Assembly (NCBI GenBank): GCA_963745835.1 | Contig: CAVUZH010000015.1 | Span: 220,094-284,093, forward strand | From: an uncultured delta proteobacterium | Lineage (GTDB): Bacteria; Desulfobacterota; Binatia; UBA9968 | Reading direction: 5' to 3' | Length of the DNA: 64,000 nucleotides | Shown here: positions 52,006 through 61,241 of the stretch, piece after piece | Layout: the number at the start of each line of letters is the position of its first letter | How positions within the stretch are numbered: position 1 is the stretch's first letter | Position numbers and translations under genes: made by a program | The notes under the pieces: model-generated | The model's database searches: none | What the model saw: the letters and a program-made list of their open reading frames with translations, nothing else | Told to the model about the DNA's origin: nothing

Positions 52006-52482
52006 TCAATGAAGGGTGCGAACCGGAGTTAAGATTACAGGTGAGAAGCTCGGACGCTTGAACAATTTAGAAAACGAAATCGTGCCTGCAACCAGCGCCG
52101 CAATCCGCTCTCCGAGCCCTGCACGCGTCATGATCAAATGGACGTCGCCGTTAACCATGTGACTCCGCACTGCCTTCTTCAGGCTACCAGCGTAAACATC
52201 CACAGTTGCTTCGACACCTTTGGCGCGCAGAGCTTCGCACACGGGAGACAGCTTCCTCTCCGCATTCTCGACGTTGTTTTCCCACGAGTAATAGTTCACC
52301 AGTTCTCTCGCTTGCAAAGCCGCCCTCATGCCGTATTCCTCTTTTGCCCAGATGAAGCCATCCACCGGATAACGCACGAGGAATACGACGTCCATCCCTG
52401 GTCGGGCGATTTTTTCGATGTAGGGGATCATCTCTCCTGCCCCGTCATTCTGTGCCAGTGGCACCAATATTTTTTTATTCAT
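52006..52482 (-). CDS. Universal-stress-protein-like hypothetical protein (paralog of 32124-32606)
   Basis: MNKKILVPL...PYIEKIARPGMDVVFLVRYPVDGFIW...VDVYAGSLKK...FKRPSFS; AGGAGG RBS. Confidence 0.65.
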   Translation of the reverse strand: MNKKILVPLAQNDGAGEMIPYIEKIARPGMDVVFLVRYPVDGFIWAKEEYGMRAALQARELVNYYSWENNVENAERKLSPVCEALRAKGVEATVDVYAGSLKKAVRSHMVNGDVHLIMTRAGLGERIAALVAGTISFSKLFKRPSFSPVILTPVRTLH

Positions 52483-52518
52483 GGCCTTGTCCTCCTTCGG
52501 TTCGCTAGCGGAATGGAG

Positions 52519-52535
52519 AGCAATGAGCACGCCAA
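52519..52535 (-). promoter_or_regulatory. Sigma54 (-24/-12) promoter
   Basis: TTGGCGTGCTCATTGCT (GG-N10-GC). Confidence 0.8.
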
Positions 52536-52631
52536 TACGAACGACGCAAGGCCCTGCTAATGAACGTCGCTGAATTGTCGAGGGAATCTAGCTTGAGAGT
52601 TTCGCGCGAGGAGCAAAGAAATCTAAAGAAG

Positions 52632-52680
52632 GTAACCGTTATATTACGTTTGCGTTACCGGACGGTAAGAAAAAAGTCAC
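52632..52680. promoter_or_regulatory. Candidate upstream activator sites GTAA-N8-TTAC
   Basis: GTAACCGTTATATTAC (52632-52647) and GTAAGAAAAAAGTCAC (52665-52680). Confidence 0.6.
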
Positions 52681-52939
52681 TTCGCAGCCTACGAAAAAGG
52701 CTCACCTGCTTCGGATGAAACGGAAGAAATCGATCTCGATACGTATGCCTCATGCGTTTATGATCTATGCAGCTCAAGATGGAATTGTCCGGAGGTCATG
52801 AACCGCGAGTAAAATTGAGGACGGAAATCGTATTTTGTCGATTAGCGCGGACTTAACCGCGCCATAAAAGCTACCTGTTAGCGCATTCCGAAAACCGCCA
52901 ACGACTAGTTCAATCTGCCCGACGAGGTTCCCCTGCACT

Positions 52940-53965
52940 TTAGGCAGCGGGGATTTTTAGCAACTTTCTCGCGTTCCCTGCGAGGATCATTTGCTTTTCT
53001 GCTTCCGAAGCAGGTAACGCTTCAACTTTATCGACGCACAACCAATCGCCAAGCACGTACGGAAAGTCAGTGCCGAGGATTAAATGGTCAGCGCCGACTT
53101 TGCGCCTTAAGAAGTCGAGCGTCTCGGTGTCATAAACCAGTGTCGAAATAGAGGTTCTTAAGGTAAGCGCTCGGCGGCATCGTGCACCGCGGCGCGTTGG
53201 GCCGATCGGCACGCCGAGTCGATTGCATTCCGGTAACAAATTCCGATCAAAGCGGCTCACGTGATAAGGGAAAAAACCGCCGCCGTGGCACGTGCATAGT
53301 TTTAAATTGGGAAAACGGTCGAACACGCCGCTGTAAATCAACAGACCGAGAGAAAACGTTGTGTCGGCCGGATTGCCACAGACAAGACGCAGGCCGAATG
53401 AGCCCATGAGTTCGGTTCCGGCGGGATTGTCCGGGTGCATGAAAACCAGCACGTCTAAGTCTTGCGCTTTGGCCCAGAAAGGATCGAAATCTTCGCTGTC
53501 GTAGTAGCGGTGGTTAATGTTGGTCGGAATATAGGCGCCGCGAAAATCGAGCTGGGTGATTGCATGCTCCAAAACTCTGGCGGCACGCTCCGGCTCCTGA
53601 ATCGGCACGGCGGCCATCGCTGTAAAGCGGTCGGGGTATTTTTGAAGAAACTCTTTGACGCATTCGTTGTATAGACGGCACCAGCTCTCCGCCTGTTCGC
53701 CTCTAAGATCATAGCCCAGAAGTTGCGTGCTTGGATCGAGCGCCGCCATGGAAATTCTACCCTTCTCCATGATCTCCAGCCGCCGCTCCACATCCGTCAA
53801 GCCCTGCAGCAATGGATATCTCGGACCGTGATTGAACGAAAATCGGATAGTTCCATCATTATCTTCGAAAACTTCGATGTCGAGCGCTTTGCCCTGCTGC
53901 TTGGCCTCGCCGACCACTCGCTCCGGAACGTAGTGATGATGAATATCGATGGCGCGTGTAGGCAT
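52940..53965 (-). CDS. Amidohydrolase_2 family (ACMS decarboxylase-like); probable compensating indels around 53140-53240
   Basis: IDIHHH, FMHP, HGGGFFPY and LGTDFPY motifs. Confidence 0.9.
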   Translation of the reverse strand: MPTRAIDIHHHYVPERVVGEAKQQGKALDIEVFEDNDGTIRFSFNHGPRYPLLQGLTDVERRLEIMEKGRISMAALDPSTQLLGYDLRGEQAESWCRLYNECVKEFLQKYPDRFTAMAAVPIQEPERAARVLEHAITQLDFRGAYIPTNINHRYYDSEDFDPFWAKAQDLDVLVFMHPDNPAGTELMGSFGLRLVCGNPADTTFSLGLLIYSGVFDRFPNLKLCTCHGGGFFPYHVSRFDRNLLPECNRLGVPIGPTRRGARCRRALTLRTSISTLVYDTETLDFLRRKVGADHLILGTDFPYVLGDWLCVDKVEALPASEAEKQMILAGNARKLLKIPAA

Positions 53966-54087
53966 TTTTTTGTCCTCTCTCTGCGAACACCTTAGCCGCG
54001 ATTCCGTGAGCACTTCTGCTTCTTAATTGTAGTATTTTACTATGCTTCTAGGATGTGACTTAATTCTCTGTAAAGGGTTTTAACGGA

Positions 54088-54883
54088 TCACGCGATCAGA
54101 AAGCCGCCGTCTACGACTATAGTTTGCCCGGTGAGGTAATCACTAGCAGGCGCTGCAAGAAAAACAGCAGCACCGATAACGTCGGCTGGGAAACCACGCC
54201 GGCCCATCGGGACCCGATTGTGAAACGCGGTCGTGAAGGCGGGATCATCGAACCTCGCTCTCGTCAGGTCGGTTTCAATGTAGCCGGGAGCGAGACAGTT
54301 GACGCAGATGCCTTCGCACGCCCACTCGACGGCCAGGGTGCTCGTCACTCCGACCACGCCCCGCTTACTCGCCGCGTAAGGGGCAACATGACGAATGCCC
54401 ATCTCGCCGGCGATACTGCCGATGTTGATGATCTTGCCCTTACCTCGCTTATTCTCAGGAGCAAAGCGGCGAGTCTCGATCCAATATCGTCCGACAGCCT
54501 GGCAACTAAAGAACAGAGCCTTCAGATTGAGACCGAGCACAGCATCCCAATCTTCTTCGGTGATCTCGACTGACGGCTTGCGACGGTTAACGCCCGCCAC
54601 GTTCACCAGTATATCGATCTGCCCCATGCGAGCTAGAACCTCGCGGACTAGAGCCTGGATGTCGGGCACCCTCGAGGCATCGGCGGCAAATACTTCCGAC
54701 TCGCACGCCCAAGGCAAGTATCTCTTCGGCCGCCCGATGAAGGTCCGTCGCTGTGCGACTGCAGAGCGCGATAATCGCGCCCGCCTCCGCTAGCCCTTGT
54801 GCGATCCCGCGGCCGATACCGCGGGAAGCACCGACAACCAGCGCCACACGCCCGGAGAGATCAAACAGATTAGACGTCATCAT
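54088..54883 (-). CDS. SDR oxidoreductase (gluconate 5-dehydrogenase/KduD-like); frameshift near 54715
   Basis: GASRGIG, DILVNVAG, YAASK, VNCLAPG and VDGG motifs. Confidence 0.9.
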
Positions 54884-55050
54884 TGCGCACCGCCTTCTCA
54901 GCCATGACCGGACCAAAGCTCACGGAGTTCTTCGGCGAACCGCCGCTCCATCGCGGGCAGGTCACAATTCTCGAAGGCGCGGAGAAACTGGAGAGCAGTT
55001 TTAACCTCTAACGTCAGTCATCATTTTCCTTCCACTCCCTCCAGTCCTTC

Positions 55051-56370
55051 TCAATGGCCGAGCTGTTGCACGAAGCCGCGCCAGAGCGCGTTCGTCTCCC
55101 GAATCCCGGCAATATCGCGGGATTGTCGCCGAACCGCCGTGTGGACCATGACTAGCCGGTTTGCCGGATCGACGTAAATCGCCTGGCCGCGCACGCCACG
55201 GAGAGCGAACATCCGCCGCTCGCCCCCCAATATCCAAACCTGATAGCCGTAGCCGCCGACACTGGGCTGCGGCTGGCCTGGGCGCACAATCGTCGCGTCC
55301 TTGATCCAGGCGGCAGGAATGATTTGCCGCCCGCGCCAGTGCCCATCGTGGGCAAGCAATAACCCGAGCCGCGCATAGTCGCGCAGCACCGCGTTAATGC
55401 AGCAGTACGCTGCCTCCTGGCCCGCCCGGTCGATGAGCCAGGTGGCGTCGGCTTCCGCGCCAATCGGCTCCCAGATCTTCTCGTGCAAGTAGTCGGCGAC
55501 AGGACGACCGACCGCGCTGCGTAGCACGAGACCGAGCACTTGGGTTTCGGCCGACGCGTAGTAAAACTTGGTGCCAGGCGGTGCGGCGCGCACGTTGAAC
55601 TGTGTCACCGCTCCGACGCCGCCGGAGCCTATCTGCCGAAACGTATCGTTCGACAACCGCGCGACGTCGTCCTTTCCTGTGTATTCCTCGACGAAGCGCA
55701 CGCCCGAGGACATTTGAAGCAGATGCCGCAGCGAGGTGCGCCCGTATTCGGTGCCGGCGAGTGCGGGCACGTAGACAGCGGCGAGATCCTCCACCGATCG
55801 GATGCGGCCGTCCGCAATCGCGATTCCGATGAGCATCGCAGTAATCGTCTTCGCCATGGACCACGACATGAAGCGGTGCTGGTCGTGCCGCGCGTACTGG
55901 TAACGTTCGATGAGGATCGTGTCGTCACGGGCGACGAGGAGCCCGGTGGCGGGGTTGCGGGCGAGGTAGTCGTCAAGAGTGAATGTTCGTCCCTGATATT
56001 CGTAGCGAACTGCTGGTTCCGAGGGAGCGCGCGCCAGCGGCGACGGCATCGTGGCACGGCGCACCAGCCGACCCTCATAAACCTGGTCAAAATGGCTGTG
56101 ACAACCGACGAGGAAGGCTGGACGAGAGCAGGTCGCACGGTCGCCGATCGAATAGCCACTGCTCGCGCCGTAGTCACCAGCGTCAGGGCCGCCTTGGGCA
56201 AACCGAGGCTTCGCCGCTAATGATGGCTCTGTGGGAGAGGATCCGGCAGCGATGGCATCGCGCGGGTCTCTTGCCGTCGGCGATGCGCAACCCGCCAGGA
56301 CGGCGGCGAGCACGAACGAAGCCAGCAGTCTGAAAAATGAAACATGCCGTACCCGCTTCGTTGCCATCAT
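55051..56370 (-). CDS. Serine hydrolase, beta-lactamase class C/NylB-like; putative lipoprotein
   Basis: LAGC lipobox; SWSMAKT (SxxK); LLQMSSG; FYYAS; YGYQVW. Confidence 0.9.
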   Translation of the reverse strand: MMATKRVRHVSFFRLLASFVLAAVLAGCASPTARDPRDAIAAGSSPTEPSLAAKPRFAQGGPDAGDYGASSGYSIGDRATCSRPAFLVGCHSHFDQVYEGRLVRRATMPSPLARAPSEPAVRYEYQGRTFTLDDYLARNPATGLLVARDDTILIERYQYARHDQHRFMSWSMAKTITAMLIGIAIADGRIRSVEDLAAVYVPALAGTEYGRTSLRHLLQMSSGVRFVEEYTGKDDVARLSNDTFRQIGSGGVGAVTQFNVRAAPPGTKFYYASAETQVLGLVLRSAVGRPVADYLHEKIWEPIGAEADATWLIDRAGQEAAYCCINAVLRDYARLGLLLAHDGHWRGRQIIPAAWIKDATIVRPGQPQPSVGGYGYQVWILGGERRMFALRGVRGQAIYVDPANRLVMVHTAVRRQSRDIAGIRETNALWRGFVQQLGH

Positions 56371-56624
56371 CGCCTCACGTACGGTGCTTGGCCGTGCAAC
56401 TTCGCTGTCTAAGCAACGCTGCTCCCTTCGACACGAATCATTTGGGATCGGCTCCCCGCTATGTCATTGAGACTGAGATGACTGGCCGATTCTCCGCGAT
56501 TAGAGCCCGCAGACTCAGTCTGCATGCGACACGATCCGGCTCGAAGACACGTCGAAAAAATCTTCTGACACCTTATTTCCGCCCCGAACATGGGCTCATC
56601 CCATTTTGTTATCTTTGATTCCGC

Positions 56625-57863
56625 TCAGCTCGGGGCCATGATCTGGTCCGCGAGATACGCCGCGTCTTCCGCGCCCGAGGCCCGAAGCAGAAAAGCCGAC
56701 TTACGCTTGTAGAGCCAGCGCAATCCAAGAAAATAAACACCGGGATATTGAGTCACGCCGCGGCGGTGCACCGGCTCGCCAGCCTCGTCGAAAATAGGCA
56801 GTTTCACCCAGTCGAAGTTGCAGCGGAACCCGCTCCCCCAGACAATCGCATTGATGCCTGCATCTTTGAGATTCAGGTTTAGGGGTGGAGCTGGTATTTC
56901 CTTCGCGATGTTCGGATTTACCTTCGACCTTTGCTCTTGTGGCACTTCCAGCCCGTTCTTCGCAATATAATCGTCCACGGCCTTCGTAAAATTTTCGAGT
57001 GCCTCGTCTCCTTTGGCGAGGTTCTGCGCAAGATCATCGGCTAATACTAAATTTCCATCTTTAATATCTTGCAAATGGCCTAGCAAAACTATTCCGCGTG
57101 CGGCCATAGCACGTAAATCGACATCGTAGCCACCATTGGCACCCGTAAGCAAAACCTCTGATCCCTTCCGGAGGTTTACCGGCACCGTATCGACGATCTG
57201 TTCGGGCCTTTTAAGTGCCGCTCCCCAATAGGCAAAGTCTTGGCCACGGTATCTTCTCGGCATACGACTATGTCGTCCCACCGAGAGATAGACCTCGCGG
57301 CCGCTTTGATTAAGATCGTCGGCGATCTGACAACCTGAAGCTCCGCTGCCCACAACCAGCACCGCACCCGGCGGCAACTGGGCCGGGTTGCGATAGGCGT
57401 TGGAATGTACCTGAAGGATATTATTCGGAACATGAGCGCTCATGGCCGGGATCACAGGAAGTTGATAGGGACCCGTGGCGATCACGACGTTGGCAGTTTG
57501 AATCGCTCCGTTATTTGTCGTGAGCAGATAGCGGCAAGAATCCTCTGCTCGCTCGAGTGAAGCGACTTCCACTCCACAACGCGTCGGAGCTTTGATATAG
57601 GTCGCATAGTCTTCTATGAAACGGACGACCTCCCTGCCCGGCGCAAAAGCCTCCGGATCGTCGCATTGATATTTGTACCCCGGCAATTCGATCGTCCAGT
57701 TGGGGAATTGGAAGCAGAAGGAATCCCAGCGTTCGCTGCGCCATCGTTCACCTACTCGGCCTCGTTCGAGGATGACATGCTCGCGTTTAGCTTCACTGAG
57801 AAAGTAACTCATGGTCAGGCCGGCGTGACCGGCGCCGATGATGACCGTCTCCAACTGCTCCAT
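56625..57863 (-). CDS. Flavin-containing monooxygenase-like oxidoreductase (paralog of 50090-51339)
   Basis: IGAGHAG, RWRSERWDSF, VIATGPY, LVVGSGASG and GVYFLGL motifs. Confidence 0.9.
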   Translation of the reverse strand: MEQLETVIIGAGHAGLTMSYFLSEAKREHVILERGRVGERWRSERWDSFCFQFPNWTIELPGYKYQCDDPEAFAPGREVVRFIEDYATYIKAPTRCGVEVASLERAEDSCRYLLTTNNGAIQTANVVIATGPYQLPVIPAMSAHVPNNILQVHSNAYRNPAQLPPGAVLVVGSGASGCQIADDLNQSGREVYLSVGRHSRMPRRYRGQDFAYWGAALKRPEQIVDTVPVNLRKGSEVLLTGANGGYDVDLRAMAARGIVLLGHLQDIKDGNLVLADDLAQNLAKGDEALENFTKAVDDYIAKNGLEVPQEQRSKVNPNIAKEIPAPPLNLNLKDAGINAIVWGSGFRCNFDWVKLPIFDEAGEPVHRRGVTQYPGVYFLGLRWLYKRKSAFLLRASGAEDAAYLADQIMAPS

Positions 57864-57997
57864 GTTTCCAGTCATAGATGCCCTCGATAAAATCAAGTCA
57901 GTTCTAGATTCTCGGATCCCGCAACACAGAAAGCATAAATTGATAGTCTTTCATTTTTCGCCTCTGTCTCAGTAGTAAAAAACAGTTCACCGGAATT

Positions 57998-58027
57998 GTT
58001 TAACCCCCGGCTCACGTAAAGTTCAAC
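57998..58027 (-). mobile_element. Internally deleted attC-like remnant
   Basis: GTTGAACTTTACG-TGAGCCGGGG-GTTAAAC; both ends resemble the two neighbouring attC sites. Confidence 0.4.
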
Positions 58028-58045
58028 GCGCCTGATGCCGAAAAA

Positions 58046-58104
58046 CCCTAACGCAACGCTCAGCCGTCCCTTCAAACCGATCGGTCTGGAGCGAATAGTT
58101 AGGC
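58046..58104 (-). mobile_element. attC-like integron recombination site (59 bp)
   Basis: GCCTAAC-TATTCGCTCCAGACCGATCGG...CGGCTGAGCGTTGC-GTTAGGG. Confidence 0.8.
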
Positions 58105-58130
58105 GTAAAGTTTAGATGCCTCTCTTTCCT

Positions 58131-58946
58131 TCAGAGCTTAATTTTGGGCGTTGGGCTTGCCAGCGGCGCTACCTGGACTCCGCGCGGGCCGGCGCGGTCG
58201 ATGGCTTTCTGCACCAAGCCCGAAGCCTTGGCTTCCTCGACAAACTCGCTGACATAGGCGAGCCATCCTGCCTTGCCTTTCGGAACCACCATCCGGTTGA
58301 TGTTCGCCCCGTAGCGGTCCTCTAGCACCCGTGTTCCAGGCAGCTGGGTCGAATACTCTAGAAGCGTAGGGCGGGCCGATGCCATTGCGTCTGCTTGTCC
58401 GGTGCGCAGCAAGTCGAAAGTGCGGTCTGGAGTCTCGGCGTACACCAGTTCGGCTTGCTTCAATAAACGGCTCAGTTCAATGGTCGAGGCATGATTGCGC
58501 ACAGCCGCGATGCGAACCCCGGGCCGGTCTACGTCGGCGACGCTGCGGGTCGAGGAGCCAGCCGGCACCAGTAAGGTGTAGTCGAATTGGAAAATTGGGG
58601 GCGAGAAGTCGCCGACGTTGGCGGCCCGAGCGTCGAACGGCAGAAACAACAGGTCGCACGCGCCGCCTTTGAGGCAGGCCACGGCCTCCGGAGGAATCGG
58701 ATGTTCCAGCAGCACGACTTGAACCCCAATACGCGCTGCAAGCGCCCGAGCAATCTCTACCCACACACCCTTCATCTCGCCAGTTGCCGGGTCCTTGATG
58801 TATTGCGGCAAAAACAGGCCGACGCGAATCTCGCCGGCTTGAACGAGGTCGGCGAGCCGGGGGTCGGGGACCTGTTGCGCGTTGGCGATGGGCGCACCTA
58901 TCGGCAGAGCTACCATCATGAGTGGAACCCGAAGACTCTCTTTCAT
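58131..58946 (-). CDS. Amino-acid-type substrate-binding protein (SBP_bac_3), in cassette position
   Basis: DLVQAGEIRVGL, DVDRPGVRIA and FVEEAKASGLVQKAI motifs. Confidence 0.85.
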   Translation of the reverse strand: MKESLRVPLMMVALPIGAPIANAQQVPDPRLADLVQAGEIRVGLFLPQYIKDPATGEMKGVWVEIARALAARIGVQVVLLEHPIPPEAVACLKGGACDLLFLPFDARAANVGDFSPPIFQFDYTLLVPAGSSTRSVADVDRPGVRIAAVRNHASTIELSRLLKQAELVYAETPDRTFDLLRTGQADAMASARPTLLEYSTQLPGTRVLEDRYGANINRMVVPKGKAGWLAYVSEFVEEAKASGLVQKAIDRAGPRGVQVAPLASPTPKIKL

Positions 58947-58980
58947 GACGCCTCCATTTCAACCGAGGTGGATTTGGAAC

Positions 58981-59038
58981 TCCTAACGCAGAGCTCAGCC
59001 GGCGCTCTTAGCGATCGGTCTGAAGCGTAAAGTTAGAC
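58981..59038 (-). mobile_element. attC-like integron recombination site (58 bp)
   Basis: GTCTAAC-TTTACGCTTCAGACCGATCG...CGGCTGAGCTCTGC-GTTAGGA; the upstream gene's TAA lies inside the inverse core. Confidence 0.85.
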
Positions 59039-60111
59039 GATCTTCTGCGTAATATCTTGATTCCTTGCAGGCATACATTCAATTACACTTACACCCATCA
59101 CAGATTGCGTCGGGATGATTGTTACCAGGGTGAAGCCAGCTGCTTCGAGAAGTGCTTGATATTCGGCCGCAGTGCGCTCGCGCCCACCGTTCAATACCAT
59201 CATGTTGAGATCAAAAAACTTGCTGATGTCAGGTTCATTCCCGGAACGGACGACGCCCTCGACCAGCAGGAGTCTGCCAGTTTCGACTATTGCGCGATGG
59301 CAGTTCCTAAGAATTGCGATTGAACGCGCGTCGTCCCAGTCGTGAATGACTCGCGAGAGAATATAAGCATCTGCCCCGTCCGGCACCGAGGCGAAGGCAT
59401 CACCGTCAACAACTTGGCAACGCCTGCAAGGCCCGCATCAGTAATCCGCTTCTTCGCCTTTTCAGCGACGTGGGGTAGATCAAAGAGCACGCCTTTCACG
59501 CTCGGATTCGCCTCAAGAATTTCAATTAGCAGACCGCCGTCCCCGCCTCCGACATCAACAATCTTTTCGAACCTTGAGAACGGATAGCTGGACAACACGG
59601 CGGTATTGTTAATTCCTGTGAGATTCGCCATCGCCTCGTCGAAGAGCTTGGCGTGCTCGGGATGCAGGGCGCGATACTGCCACACTCCCGTACCGAAGAC
59701 ATGGTCAAAGGTAGTTTCACCCGTTTGCACACTGTGCATCGACTCTCCCCACGCTCGATAATGTTCTTCCCCCAATTGGACGTTCACCCAAGCCCGAAGC
59801 GAGCCTGGCACGTCGGTTCGTAACGTAGCGCCGAGAGGCGTCAGCGCAAACCGTCCCTGCTCCTCTTCGGCGAAGATGCCTACGCTGGCGAGCGCGCGTA
59901 GCACGCGATACAGCGACGGTCCGTGGCTCCCGGTGGCCTTGGCCAGCTCGCCAATCTCCTTGGACTCGTCCTTCAGCAGGTCAGCGACGCCAAGCTTGGC
60001 GGCAATGTAAATAGCCCGCAAAACCCAAAAGCTCGTGATCAGCCGGATCATAGCTAGAGACGGTGGTGTGTCGACGCTAGTATTTGAATTCTGTTTGTTC
60101 ATGTCCTGCAC
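59033..60111 (-). CDS. SAM-dependent O-methyltransferase (Methyltransf_2 with dimerisation domain); frameshift near 59400
   Basis: AAKLGVADLL, VDVGGGDG, LFDLPHV, IHDWDD and GGRERT motifs. Confidence 0.9.
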
Positions 60112-60134
60112 CTCGTTTGATTAGCTCTTAGAGC

Positions 60135-60211
60135 ACACAACGTTCACGGTGACCCGCGCGAGCGCGCGAAGTGGCGCTTGCCATGCGGCGGTATCCACCG
60201 CGGGGTTGGGC
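60135..60211 (-). mobile_element. attC-like site (77 bp)
   Basis: GCCCAAC-CCCGCGGTGGATACCG...CGGGTCACCGTGAAC-GTTGTGT. Confidence 0.6.
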
Positions 60212-60249
60212 GCTAATCGCTTAGGCTACGAGAGCGAGGCACCTTTCTT

Positions 60250-60334
60250 CCGATCAGGCGCGGGCGACAGGGAGTCACGCACGAACAGCCAAAAACCTAC
60301 GTTGTCACCCCTCGCTTGCAGCGGTTTGTTAGCG
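60250..60334 (-). mobile_element. Degenerate attC-like site lacking a clear core
   Basis: CGCTAAC-AAACCGCTGCAAGCG 11 nt after the upstream stop, ...CGCGCCTGATCGG, with no GTTRRRY following. Confidence 0.45.
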
Positions 60335-60345
60335 AGCATGGCAGT

Positions 60346-61107
60346 TCAACCGTTGTTGTTGAGCCAAGTGAGGTAGCTCTCGACGACAAGACGAGCGATA
60401 GAACGAGCTTCATTTAGCTCGCCTTCGGTTGCATCGCGGAGATTACCGACCTTCTTCCCGCGATGCCGCCCTTGCTTCAAGGGCTCGTCGTTCGCGAGTT
60501 GCCCAAGACGAGACCAGCTTGCCCTGCTTACGCCTAGGGCTGTCCTCGCGGCTCCTACGCCACCGAACTTGGTTGCGACCGCCTCTTGGACCTCGTACAG
60601 ATGCACCAATTCATTGTCGGGATCTTTGACTGCGGCTGCATAGCTGTTCAGCAGACCACTTAGGACCTTGTCGGTATCGCGGTATTTCTCCGCGAGATTC
60701 GCGAAGTGTTTTTTCTTTTCGATCCGATCTGTTCTCGTATCGTCAAGAACATTCCCATCCTTGTCTTTGATAGAGAAATCTACAGAACCTCCGGTTATTC
60801 TGAGGTGCCCGGGTTCAGCAAAAAGCGTCACATCCTTTCGGCCGTCAGGATGGACTCGATACATCGCGGGCTTCGCTAGGTTGTAGGGTCTATGAGTGAG
60901 GACCTGGACCGTGAGAAAGCGGTCGTTAAGGGCTTCATGAAGTGCAAGTCGATAGTTCGGATCTGCGTCATACGCACGTGGATCGACCCGCGCTGCGGCC
61001 TTCCCGTTCTCGATTTTAAGAATGTAGTCATCTCGCCGGACTTCGACAGTCTGTTCGAAGTAGTCGATAGGGGAGAACGTCCACTCTAGCACTACGACCT
61101 GGTTCAT
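60346..61107 (-). CDS. Hypothetical protein in cassette position, possibly with a HEPN-like C-terminal domain
   Basis: 253-aa clean ORF; helical C-terminus with LVHLYEVQEA and QGRHRG. Confidence 0.6.
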   Translation of the reverse strand: MNQVVVLEWTFSPIDYFEQTVEVRRDDYILKIENGKAAARVDPRAYDADPNYRLALHEALNDRFLTVQVLTHRPYNLAKPAMYRVHPDGRKDVTLFAEPGHLRITGGSVDFSIKDKDGNVLDDTRTDRIEKKKHFANLAEKYRDTDKVLSGLLNSYAAAVKDPDNELVHLYEVQEAVATKFGGVGAARTALGVSRASWSRLGQLANDEPLKQGRHRGKKVGNLRDATEGELNEARSIARLVVESYLTWLNNNG

Positions 61108-61127
61108 CTCATGCTTCCGATCATGAC

Positions 61128-61178
61128 CGCTAACCGCACGCGCTAACCAACGAGTCCGCGTTGAGCGCGATGTTAGCC
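61128..61178 (-). mobile_element. attC-like site (51 bp)
   Basis: GGCTAAC-ATCGCGCTCAACGCGGAC-TCGTT-GGTTAGCGCGTGCG-GTTAGCG; next ATG 21 nt downstream. Confidence 0.7.
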
Positions 61179-61196
61179 GTCAGTATGAACCCCAAA

Positions 61197-61241
61197 GCAC
61201 AACATCTAGCTAAGCGATCTGCCGCTACGACCTTGTTACTC
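61197..61241 (-). mobile_element. Short degenerate attC-like site (45 bp)
   Basis: GAGTAAC (contains the stop codon)-AAGGTCGTAGCGG...CGCTTAGCTAGAT-GTTGTGC. Confidence 0.5.

Noticed and set aside
56390-56425. Possible attC remnant before the serine hydrolase (similar hints near 55005 and 62335)
   Set aside because: Only a partial core-like word with no paired inverse core
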